DNA from: Candidatus Kaelpia aquatica
Lineage (GTDB): Bacteria; Omnitrophota; Gorgyraeia; Kaelpiales; Kaelpiaceae
Assembly: GCA_030765335.1 (NCBI GenBank)
Contig: JAVCCU010000016.1
Location: forward strand, 1-61,829
Direction: 5' to 3'
DNA length: 61,829 nt
Below, piece by piece: positions 9,368-17,683 of the stretch. The position numbers and the translations under genes were made by a program. The stretch's first letter is position 1. Each line of letters begins with the position of its first letter. The notes below the pieces were generated by a model. That model made no database searches. It was not told where the DNA came from and saw only the letters and a list, made by a program, of their open reading frames with translations.

Positions 9368-10078
9368 TTAATATCCTATAAAATTTTCAACCCACAACTT
9401 ATCTTTATCGCAGCCTAACTCTGAACATAACTCTATCATAGCATTTACCATAGCAGGCGGTCCGAATGCAAACAAAACCCTGTCACGATAGTCACTCATA
9501 TGCTCCGATATAGCACCTAAATCTATTGCACCCTGATAGCACGCTGCGCTCTTAACATCACACGCCTGAACAAAATATTTAATGTCCAGTGAAGGATTCT
9601 TCCCACTCCACTTATCTAGCTCTTGCCTGTAAGCTATCTCTGCTTCGCTTTTGTTTGCATAAATAAGGCAGATATCTGTATCAAGTTTTTTATCCATAGC
9701 ATATTCGATTATCGATATTACCGGTGTAACGCCTATACCCCCAATCAAAAACCCTATACGCTTGAATTCGTCCTTGAGCACACATCTTCCCATTGGGCCA
9801 TCTATAATAATGATATCGCCTTTTTTAAGATCTTTAAGCTTACCTGAAAATGTACTGCCGCTTAATCTTTTTGTAAATTCAACATACTCTTTTCCAGGTG
9901 CGCTGGAAAAAGACAGGTATTTATTCAGTTCGTAATTATTTTTATCTTCTTTATCAAAAATAATCTGAGCAAATTGCCCAGGCAAAAAATTCACCGGACT
10001 TTCAGATTTAAATCTAAAGCTCTCCACTGTAGGGGTGCGCTTTATGCTCTCTTTGAATATAAGTGTAAACTTATCCAT
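9368..10078 (-). CDS. Ferredoxin-NADP reductase-like FAD/NAD(P)H oxidoreductase
   Basis: FLPGQF, LSFSSAP, GPMG, LIGGIGVTP, FGPPAM, ENFIGY. Confidence 0.9.
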   Translation of the reverse strand: MDKFTLIFKESIKRTPTVESFRFKSESPVNFLPGQFAQIIFDKEDKNNYELNKYLSFSSAPGKEYVEFTKRLSGSTFSGKLKDLKKGDIIIIDGPMGRCVLKDEFKRIGFLIGGIGVTPVISIIEYAMDKKLDTDICLIYANKSEAEIAYRQELDKWSGKNPSLDIKYFVQACDVKSAACYQGAIDLGAISEHMSDYRDRVLFAFGPPAMVNAMIELCSELGCDKDKLWVENFIGY

Positions 10079-10138
10079 GATTTTTAAAATTTATGAATAG
10101 AACAGCTTTTTTAGCTAACTACTTAATCCTCTTTAATA

Positions 10139-10564
10139 TTAAAGATCTATCTCATTAAACCATGCTCCGTGCAGGTTGCATAGATCCACCGCTGCGATCT
10201 TTCCTACTCCAGACTTTAAATTAAGCGTAACAACAGGGTTAAGCTTATCTGGAGTAAACATTACTCTTGATATAAACTCTTGATCAATATAAAAATCAAC
10301 ATGTTGTATGCTATGTTCAGAAGTCATCGGATGCTGTATCTCTCCTATCTCTACATAGACATCCCAGCAAGACTCGCATTTTTTAATAACTGCTATGGCC
10401 GGAATATGTTTCTTTTCAGATTCTCCTACCTCGACCTTATCAACAGCGGTCTTGAGCGCATCGTTTTTTTCTTCAAAAGATTTTGCCCCGCAGACAGGAC
10501 ATTGTTGAGGTACAACACCGTTTATTGCCACATAACCGCATACTTTGCATACTATACCTTTCAT
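10139..10564 (-). CDS. Superoxide reductase with an N-terminal rubredoxin-like domain
   Basis: CKVCGY...CPVCG, then EKKHIP, HPMTSEH and CNLHG (4 His + Cys centre). Confidence 0.85.
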   Translation of the reverse strand: MKGIVCKVCGYVAINGVVPQQCPVCGAKSFEEKNDALKTAVDKVEVGESEKKHIPAIAVIKKCESCWDVYVEIGEIQHPMTSEHSIQHVDFYIDQEFISRVMFTPDKLNPVVTLNLKSGVGKIAAVDLCNLHGAWFNEIDL

Positions 10565-10583
10565 ATTGACCTCTCCTGTTTAA

Positions 10584-11159
10584 TTAATAGTTTTCACATA
10601 AAATTTCATAATAGGCCTGAGGGTGTGCACAAGCTGGGCATATCTCAATAGCCTCTTTTCCTTCATGCACATAACCACAGTTGCGACATTTCCACTTAAC
10701 AACCTCATCCCGCTTAAACACCTTACCGTCTTTTACGTTAGTAAGGAGCTTACGGTAGCGCTTCTCATGCTGCTCTTCAACTTCGGCTATCTCTTTAAAG
10801 GTATCAGCTACATCACTAAAACCTTCTTCTCTTGCTACTGCTTCAGCTTCCTTGTAAAGCTTTGTCCATTCCTCATTCTCGCCTTTTGCCGAAGCAAGAA
10901 GATTAGCTGCTGTATCGCCTATCACTCCTGCTGGAAAAGTCGTTACTATCTCTACGTCTCCCCCTTCAAGGTATTTGAAAAATTTCTTTGCATGCTCTTT
11001 TTCATTCTCTGCTGTCTCAATAAATATCGCTGCTATCTGCTCATAGCCGGCTTTTTTAGCAACCGACGCAAAATAGGTGTAGCGATTCCTTGCCTGAGAT
11101 TCACCAGCAAATGATGTGAGAAGATTTTTTTCTGTTTTTGTCCCTTTTAAATCTGCCAT
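10584..11159 (-). CDS. rbr: Rubrerythrin
   Basis: FAGESQARNRY, ENEKEHAK, EEQHEKRY, C-terminal CRNCGY...CPACAHP. Confidence 0.97.
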   Translation of the reverse strand: MADLKGTKTEKNLLTSFAGESQARNRYTYFASVAKKAGYEQIAAIFIETAENEKEHAKKFFKYLEGGDVEIVTTFPAGVIGDTAANLLASAKGENEEWTKLYKEAEAVAREEGFSDVADTFKEIAEVEEQHEKRYRKLLTNVKDGKVFKRDEVVKWKCRNCGYVHEGKEAIEICPACAHPQAYYEILCENY

Positions 11160-11160
11160 A

Positions 11161-12321
11161 CTAGATTCCTCCTTTCAACTTTTCTTTAATTTGATTTACA
11201 CTCCCTTCATCGGGAATATACTGAGCCTTTACTGAATCTAGCATATTGAAACCACATGATCTCAATATTTCATCTATCTGCCCAATACTCTGGCCTCCCC
11301 AGCCATATGATCCAAACGCTAGGCCTATCCTATTTTTAGGATCAAGACCTTTCATGTAGGTAAGAAAAGCTGCAACCGTTGGAAGCATACCATTATTTAA
11401 TGTAGGCGAGCCTACACATATATATTTTGCTGTTAAAACCTCTGTCATAACATCTGAGATATGGATATCCTTGAGATCCATCAGCAGCACTGATATTCTT
11501 TTCTCTTTAAAAACACTACTTATTGTCTCAGCAATTTTCTTAGTAGAATCCCACATAGTATCATATACAACAACTGCCTTTTCTTCTGTTTCATTACCAG
11601 ACCATTTTTGATACCTGCCGACAATATCATCTATATGCCTGCGCCATATAATACCATGACTTGGCGCTATCATATCTATTTTAAGCCCAGCAACTGCATC
11701 TAGGGCCTTCTTTACCTGATTACCATATGGAAGAACGATATTAGCATAATATTTAGCTGCTTCATCCATAATCATATCAATATCGAGCTCGTCATCAAAT
11801 CTTTCCTCAGAGGCAATATGCTGACCAAAAGAATCGTTTGAAAGCAGCAGTTTGTCCTGCTCAACGTATGACACCATAGAATCAGGCCAATGCACCATCT
11901 GTGTGAGAGCAAATCGTATATCACGCTGTCCGATATTTATGGAGTCACCGGTATTTACAACTTTAAAATTCCAGTTTAAGCCATAATGTTTTCTAAGCCC
12001 CTTCTCCCCGTTTGGAGAAGTAACAACAACAGCCTCAGGACATAGCTGTATCATGTTGGGCAAAGAACCTGAATGATCCATCTCAACATGATTTGATACA
12101 ATGTAATCTATCTTTGAAGGATCGACAATATTTCTTATTCTCTGAAGCATCTCATCGTAAAGATAGTGCTTAACTGTATCAACAAGTGTGATCTTCTCAT
12201 CGATTATAAGATATGCATTATATGTACTGCCCCGCTGAGTAAGATAGCCGTGAAAATTCCTAAGATTCCAGTCTATTGCACCTACCCAATATATACCTTT
12301 TTTGATCTCTACTGCATTCAT
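11161..12321 (-). CDS. fprA: Flavodiiron protein (O2/NO reductase)
   Basis: GSTYNAY, NHVEMDHSG, HWPDSM, SNDSFGQH, APSHG, and a flavodoxin domain with FGSYGWGG. Confidence 0.95.
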   Translation of the reverse strand: MNAVEIKKGIYWVGAIDWNLRNFHGYLTQRGSTYNAYLIIDEKITLVDTVKHYLYDEMLQRIRNIVDPSKIDYIVSNHVEMDHSGSLPNMIQLCPEAVVVTSPNGEKGLRKHYGLNWNFKVVNTGDSINIGQRDIRFALTQMVHWPDSMVSYVEQDKLLLSNDSFGQHIASEERFDDELDIDMIMDEAAKYYANIVLPYGNQVKKALDAVAGLKIDMIAPSHGIIWRRHIDDIVGRYQKWSGNETEEKAVVVYDTMWDSTKKIAETISSVFKEKRISVLLMDLKDIHISDVMTEVLTAKYICVGSPTLNNGMLPTVAAFLTYMKGLDPKNRIGLAFGSYGWGGQSIGQIDEILRSCGFNMLDSVKAQYIPDEGSVNQIKEKLKGGI

Positions 12322-12791
12322 CTCTCTTCCCTGCTGCGGTAAGGTGGAGCTAAATCTATTACACTCTCGACATCTATCTCAATAAGATATTTAGGTTCTT
12401 CAGGCAGCTGAGCCTCATAATGCGCACTTGATACTTTTTCGCTCTGCACGCTTTTTATGAGCCTATCCGACATTCTCTTTAAAACCCTCTTTTCCCACTC
12501 TTTTATATAATCATCACTTATGTCATCTTTAAGCACTATCTTTGCCTGTCCAGTGAGAGTATATCCTGTAAAACTGTGCTCATCTACCTGTGTTATGCTC
12601 ACTCTTGGATCATTATTAAGATTGCCGTACGTTTTGTTATGATATAGATCAACTACAAACACATGTCCATTTTTATGAATACCAGCTATGCCTTTAGCAG
12701 AACAATGTATTCTACCGTCTAAGTCTATGGTAGACACAATAACAAAACTTTGCTTCTTAAAAAAATTTATCACCTTATCGGATAGCTCCAT
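12318..12791 (-). CDS. Pyridoxamine 5'-phosphate oxidase-like FMN-binding protein
   Basis: FVIVSTID.DG.IHCSAKG, KTYGNLNNDPRVSI. Confidence 0.8.
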   Translation of the reverse strand: MELSDKVINFFKKQSFVIVSTIDLDGRIHCSAKGIAGIHKNGHVFVVDLYHNKTYGNLNNDPRVSITQVDEHSFTGYTLTGQAKIVLKDDISDDYIKEWEKRVLKRMSDRLIKSVQSEKVSSAHYEAQLPEEPKYLIEIDVESVIDLAPPYRSREER

Positions 12792-12814
12792 ACCACACTA
12801 CTCCTTATAAATAA

Positions 12815-12955
12815 TTATACTACCAGCTCAAACATCTCTTTACCTACCCCACACTCAGGGCATACCCAATCATCCGGCAAATCCGAAAACGCAATATTGC
12901 TGTTTTCCGCCGGATCATAAATATAGCCGCAGACCGTACATTTAAATTTTTCCAC
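12815..12955 (-). CDS. Rubredoxin, 46 aa (not in the ORF track)
   Basis: Hand translation from GTG after SD GGAGG: [46 protein letters not shown]. Confidence 0.95.
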   Translation of the reverse strand: MEKFKCTVCGYIYDPAENSNIAFSDLPDDWVCPECGVGKEMFELVV

Positions 12956-12986
12956 CTTAAGCCTCCATATCTTTTAAGTTTTTATT

Positions 12987-13015
12987 ATTTTAGTAAATAT
13001 TGAGCACTTAAACAA
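12987..13015 (-). promoter_or_regulatory. Possible internal promoter upstream of rubredoxin
   Basis: TTGTTT, 17-bp spacer, TAAAAT within the 181-bp intergenic gap. Confidence 0.35.
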
Positions 13016-13136
13016 GTACCACTTTAATGTTATTTGTCGCCATAAAGAGCTATCTCTAGCCCTTGCCTCCTACTCAAAATCCTACTCCTTACAATGTTCA
13101 GATTCTCAAATCATAGATGTTGTGAATAATAAAGCT

Positions 13137-13796
13137 TCATACTATTTCACCGCGAATCGAGATCGTATATTCTTTTATGATAATATTCTTACCTGAATCC
13201 CTTGCTGCAGTCTCTGTTAGCCCTACTATACCGCTGCAGCAGGGAACCTCCATGCGCACAACAGTCACAGAACTTACATTGTTGTCGCGAAATATTGCTG
13301 TAAGCTTCTCTCTATACATATCGATATCGTTATCAAGTTTTGGACAAAAAACAACCAAAGTCTTATTTTTTAAAAATCTTCGGTGAAAATCTCCAAACGT
13401 AAACGCAGTGCAATCTGCCGCAACCACAATATCAGCATTATCAAAATAAGATGCATTCGGACTTACAAGCTTAAGCTGTAGAGGCCACTGCCTAAGCTCT
13501 GAAAATAGAGCTCCTACAGCTGCATTACCACCTGAAGGAGATATTTCCCTGAAATCTTTAGCCATTGTTCCAGGGCATCCACAGGGTAGATTCTCTTCTA
13601 TATCCTTTTCGATAAACTCTATCGCATTCAGAGGACATCCACCTATACACTTTCCTATACCGTCACAGATAGGCTCATTAACAACGTGAGCCTTGCCGTC
13701 TTTAATCTCAATAACACCCATAGGGCAAGCTTGTATACATTGACCACATCCAATACACTTATCTTTATCAATTTTTATTATCCTTCTTTTTGCCAT
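13137..13796 (-). CDS. 2[4Fe-4S] ferredoxin-domain protein of the type often found beside hcp
   Basis: CIGCGQCIQACP, CDGIGKCIGGCP, CGCPG, QWPLQL, ADCTAF, CPKLD, MEVPCC. Confidence 0.85.
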   Translation of the reverse strand: MAKRRIIKIDKDKCIGCGQCIQACPMGVIEIKDGKAHVVNEPICDGIGKCIGGCPLNAIEFIEKDIEENLPCGCPGTMAKDFREISPSGGNAAVGALFSELRQWPLQLKLVSPNASYFDNADIVVAADCTAFTFGDFHRRFLKNKTLVVFCPKLDNDIDMYREKLTAIFRDNNVSSVTVVRMEVPCCSGIVGLTETAARDSGKNIIIKEYTISIRGEIV

Positions 13797-13809
13797 AATC
13801 TACTCTCCT

Positions 13810-14694
13810 TTATAGTAAAGAAAAAAGATATCCCAGCGTTAAAGTTGCTATGGATATAAATAGTAAATATACACTCAATATTTTTATACCAAATTCTTTC
13901 TTTAGTACTAATATCGTTCCGTAGCTGGTTATAGGTCCAGCCAATAAAAGAACCATGCCGCCTCCGATATTCAGCCCCTGTCTTACAAAGGCATCTACCA
14001 GTGAAACAGTAGCTGTTGAACAGATATACATTGCGAGACCAAATATAAGTGCAAAAATATACCCAAAGACTCCGCCTAGATTATTTTTAATCCAAACTCC
14101 TAAAGGCATAACCGTAGCAACAACAGCAGCTAAAACTATCCCTAAGATCAGCTCAAGCCCAATCTCTTTAGGCATATCCCAAAAGGCAAACTTAAAGACT
14201 GATTTAATGTGCTCAGAAACACTCTTTTTATGAGCATGAACAATACCTTCTTTACAATGAGGACATATCTCTTCAGTGCTTTTGCGAGGAACAAAAGAGA
14301 GTAGATTTCCAATAATCCCTATTAAAATCCCCATTAAAATAACTGCAAAAAATATAAATATAGCAAACTTTACTCCTAGCAGCTTATATGTAACTAAAAG
14401 AGCACTTATTGAAGTTGCCGGAGTTGCCACCAAAAACGCTAAGACTGGACCTAATTTCGAACCTTTTTTGTAGAAACTTAAAGCCACCGGCAGCGAACCC
14501 AAGCAGCAGATCGGAAGAATTACACCAGCAACCGTAGCATAGAAAATTGACCTAAAACCATTTTTGCCCAAATATTTTTCTACCCAGTTATTAGAGACAA
14601 ATTCATGTATTAAACCGCTTAAGAGAAACCCTATTGCCAAAGCCGGGATTATCTCTAAGAGATAATGTCTCAATGCTACGAAAAATTCATTCAT
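13810..14694 (-). CDS. Second DUF318-family permease
   Basis: LPICCLGSLP, FLVATPATS, YICSTATV, LLAGPITS; central CPHCKEGIVHAH loop. Confidence 0.8.
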   Translation of the reverse strand: MNEFFVALRHYLLEIIPALAIGFLLSGLIHEFVSNNWVEKYLGKNGFRSIFYATVAGVILPICCLGSLPVALSFYKKGSKLGPVLAFLVATPATSISALLVTYKLLGVKFAIFIFFAVILMGILIGIIGNLLSFVPRKSTEEICPHCKEGIVHAHKKSVSEHIKSVFKFAFWDMPKEIGLELILGIVLAAVVATVMPLGVWIKNNLGGVFGYIFALIFGLAMYICSTATVSLVDAFVRQGLNIGGGMVLLLAGPITSYGTILVLKKEFGIKILSVYLLFISIATLTLGYLFSLL

Positions 14695-14790
14695 AGATCA
14701 TCTCCTTGCCTTCTAACTTCTCTGCTCTAGATACTATCTTTACAATACATCTCCGGCTGCAGCATGCAATCTGCACTATATCTCTTTTAA

Positions 14791-16425
14791 TTAATCTCCT
14801 GCAACCATTGCCTCGATGTCATCTTTGACTGTACTGATGGGTTTAATGTCAAATTTATCAATGAGAACTTTTACAACATTCTTGGATAAAAATGCCGGTA
14901 ATGTCGGCCCAAGCCTTATGCCCTTTACACCTAAATACAGAAGAGCAAGTAGTACGGCTGCTGCTTTCTGTTCATACCAAGCAATATCAAAAGATATCGG
15001 CAAATCATTGATATCATCTAATTCAAAGACTTCTTTTAATTTAAGAGCTATGACTGCCAGTGAATAGCAATCGTTACACTGTCCGGCATCAAGAACCCTT
15101 GGTATTCCTCCAATATCACCAAGATCTAACTTGTTATAACGATATTTTGCACAACCGGCTGTAAGAATAACCGTATCTTTAGGTAAATCTTGAGCAACTT
15201 CCGTAAAATATTTCCTCCTAGGATCTCTTCCATCGCAACCTGCCATAACAATAAACCGCTTAATCGCACCTGATTTTACTGCCTCAACTATCTTATCAGC
15301 TAAAGCCAATACTTGATTATGCGCAAAACCGCCGACGATTTCACCTTTCTCAAGCTCTTGTGGCGATTGGCATGTTTTTGCTAGGGCAATTATTTCAGAG
15401 AAATCCTTCTGCTTCCCATCTCTCCTATCAGGAATGTGCTTAACGCCCGGATAGCCTGCCATTCCTGTTGTAAAGATTCTATCTTTATAAGAATCTTGAA
15501 CAGGAGTAATGCAATTCGTTGTCATCAAAATCGGACCATTAAATGACGCGAACTCTTTATTCTGCTGCCACCAAGCATTGCCATAGTTGCCAATAAAATG
15601 TTCATACTTTTTAAAAGCGGGATAATAATTAGCAGGGAGCATCTCACTGTGAGTATAGATATCGACTCCTGAATCTTGAGTCTGCTTTAAAAGCTCTTCC
15701 ATATCCTTAAGGTCGTGCCCTGAGATAAGAATTCCGGGATTACTGCAAACCCCTATATTAACTTTCGTAATTTCAGGATTCCCATAAGTCTTCGTATTAG
15801 CTTCATCCAAAAGGGCCATTGCAGCAACAGTTATTTCCCCTGCTTTCAACACAAGAGCAACCATTTCATCAACGGAAATATCTCTCATTGTCGATGCTAA
15901 ACCTTCCATTATAAACTCATATATCTCTTCTTTTTGAAATCCTAATACAGCTGCATGGTCCGCATAGGCTGCTAAACCTTTTAAACCATAAATAAGCAGC
16001 TCACGAAGAGAACGCAGGTCTTCGTTTTCAGTAGAAAGCACTCCTAATGCTTTTGCTTTATCATAAAACACTGCTGTATCATCAGTATGCCGCAGAACAA
16101 GATCACGAAAAAATTCATCTGCTGAGATGCCGCTTTTCTCTTTAAGCTCATCGCGGATGATTAATCCTTCTCGTATTAATGCAGCAATCCGCTGGTCATC
16201 AAAATTAACATTAGTAATCGTTGTAAAAAGCGCTCGAGCCGTAAATAATCCTACACTGCTACCCTTTACACTCTCTTCTTTTAATCCTTGAAAATAAAAA
16301 GCAATCTCCTTTAAAACGTAGATCAGCAAATCCTGCAGATCTGCAGTCTGCTCTCTCTTCCCGCATGCACCGACCTTAGTGCAGCCTGTGTTTTTGATTG
16401 TTTCCTGACATTGATAACAGAACAT
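14791..16425 (-). CDS. hcp: Hybrid cluster protein (hydroxylamine/NO reductase)
   Basis: MFCYQCQET...GCT..GACGK, SGHDL, HSEMLP, TTNC, AGCDG, DAGQCND, WYEQKA. Confidence 0.97.
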   Translation of the reverse strand: MFCYQCQETIKNTGCTKVGACGKREQTADLQDLLIYVLKEIAFYFQGLKEESVKGSSVGLFTARALFTTITNVNFDDQRIAALIREGLIIRDELKEKSGISADEFFRDLVLRHTDDTAVFYDKAKALGVLSTENEDLRSLRELLIYGLKGLAAYADHAAVLGFQKEEIYEFIMEGLASTMRDISVDEMVALVLKAGEITVAAMALLDEANTKTYGNPEITKVNIGVCSNPGILISGHDLKDMEELLKQTQDSGVDIYTHSEMLPANYYPAFKKYEHFIGNYGNAWWQQNKEFASFNGPILMTTNCITPVQDSYKDRIFTTGMAGYPGVKHIPDRRDGKQKDFSEIIALAKTCQSPQELEKGEIVGGFAHNQVLALADKIVEAVKSGAIKRFIVMAGCDGRDPRRKYFTEVAQDLPKDTVILTAGCAKYRYNKLDLGDIGGIPRVLDAGQCNDCYSLAVIALKLKEVFELDDINDLPISFDIAWYEQKAAAVLLALLYLGVKGIRLGPTLPAFLSKNVVKVLIDKFDIKPISTVKDDIEAMVAGD

Positions 16426-16851
16426 TTACAACCTCCTTTTTTGTTTTTTCAAATCCTTTAAAAGATGACTTATAGTAACGGCCTCAAACTCCTTGGCTAC
16501 CAACTTCTCAACTCTATTAATCTGTCTTCTTAAGACACAGCTAGAGCGATTGACGCATAGCTTGCTTCTGAACATACAGTCTGAAAGCTGGATATTACCT
16601 TGAAAGATTACTATGATATCGACTATCGACATTAAGTTGGGGTCCTTATCAATCATGAAGCCGCCTCCAGCTCCTTTTTTCGATATCACTAGTTTATTCT
16701 TGATTAACTTTTGCAATATCTGCCTTAAAAACTGATAGGGTATGCGCTGTTTCTCTGCAATCTGCCGCACAGAGATAAATTCATCCTTGTTTTCAGCAAG
16801 TTCTAACAATGCCCTAATTGCGTAATCTGTATGTTTTGTTAATAATTTCAT
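16426..16851 (-). CDS. Rrf2 family Fe-S transcriptional regulator
   Basis: TDYAIRAL, SKKGAGGGF wing, and a C-x6-C-x5-C triad. Confidence 0.92.
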   Translation of the reverse strand: MKLLTKHTDYAIRALLELAENKDEFISVRQIAEKQRIPYQFLRQILQKLIKNKLVISKKGAGGGFMIDKDPNLMSIVDIIVIFQGNIQLSDCMFRSKLCVNRSSCVLRRQINRVEKLVAKEFEAVTISHLLKDLKKQKRRL

Positions 16852-16866
16852 AAAAGCCTCTTCAAT

Positions 16867-16893
16867 TAATTGATACTATTGTAGTATCAATTA
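16867..16893. promoter_or_regulatory. 12-3-12 inverted repeat, putative Rrf2 operator
   Basis: TAATTGATACTA-ttg-TAGTATCAATTA overlaps the -10 box of TTGACA (16905-16900) / 16 bp / TACAAT (16883-16878). Confidence 0.8.
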
Positions 16894-17142
16894 TAAAATT
16901 GTCAAGTTTTTTCTATCTAAAAATACCGTTACTCACCACAGGCAATTATTCTAATAAACTTCTTATCTCTTCTATGGAATTTGTAAAATTTTCAGAACTA
17001 AACTCCGAGATTTTTTAAAAGAAATTTCATAGGGCAACATAGAAGACCAGCCGAAAGTTCAAAGGTTAAAAATAATAAAATTAGTTGTTTAAAAGAACCT
17101 TGTAAAAAACCAACAATTAATATTAATATTAATTTTTATCTT

Positions 17143-17682
17143 TCAGTCATTTAACTCTTTATATTTCTTGGTTAAATCTAGATTGGTTTCAATGGCTTTC
17201 ATGGCAAAATCTTTTATTTCTTTATCTGCAAATTTTAATCCCTTTACATCTTCTTCATCTTTTATTTTCTTACCGGATTCTATCATCCTCCCTGCTGTAA
17301 TATTGGCTCCCTCTACTATTACCAAGTGCTTAACGACTACACCTTGACCAAGTTCGGATTTAAAGACAACCGAGCCAAATCCAATAAAACAATTTTTACC
17401 AATCCTGGATGGCCCATGAACTATGCAACCATGCGCCAAAGATGTGTTTTCTTCAATTAAAACCGAGCTATCGTCTAAGGCATGGATTATTACTCTATCC
17501 TGAATATTGCAGTTATCTTTAATAGCTATTGAACTACCTGGCTCATCTGCTCTGATAACTGCCCCCGGACCAACAAAGACATGCTTACCTACGCTTACCT
17601 TGCCGATTATTACTGCCGTAGAATCAATGTAAGCACTCTTATCTATTTCTGGATAATCGCCTTGAGGATTAGGTCTAAACAT
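17143..17682 (-). CDS. Gamma-class carbonic anhydrase (Cam-type)
   Basis: Hexapeptide repeats; VIRADE, NIQD..IIHAL and AHGCIVHGP supply the three Zn-binding His residues. Confidence 0.9.
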   Translation of the reverse strand: MFRPNPQGDYPEIDKSAYIDSTAVIIGKVSVGKHVFVGPGAVIRADEPGSSIAIKDNCNIQDRVIIHALDDSSVLIEENTSLAHGCIVHGPSRIGKNCFIGFGSVVFKSELGQGVVVKHLVIVEGANITAGRMIESGKKIKDEEDVKGLKFADKEIKDFAMKAIETNLDLTKKYKELND

Positions 17683-17683
17683 T

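Noticed and set aside
17115-17134. Perfect palindrome AATTAATATTAATATTAATT
   Set aside because: AT-only, low-complexity ATTAAT repeat, expected by chance in an AT-rich spacer.
16921-17140. Hydrophobic and helical reading-frame fragments between the carbonic anhydrase gene and rrf2
   Set aside because: Interrupted by stops, with no start codon or recognisable family; cannot be supported as a pseudogene.
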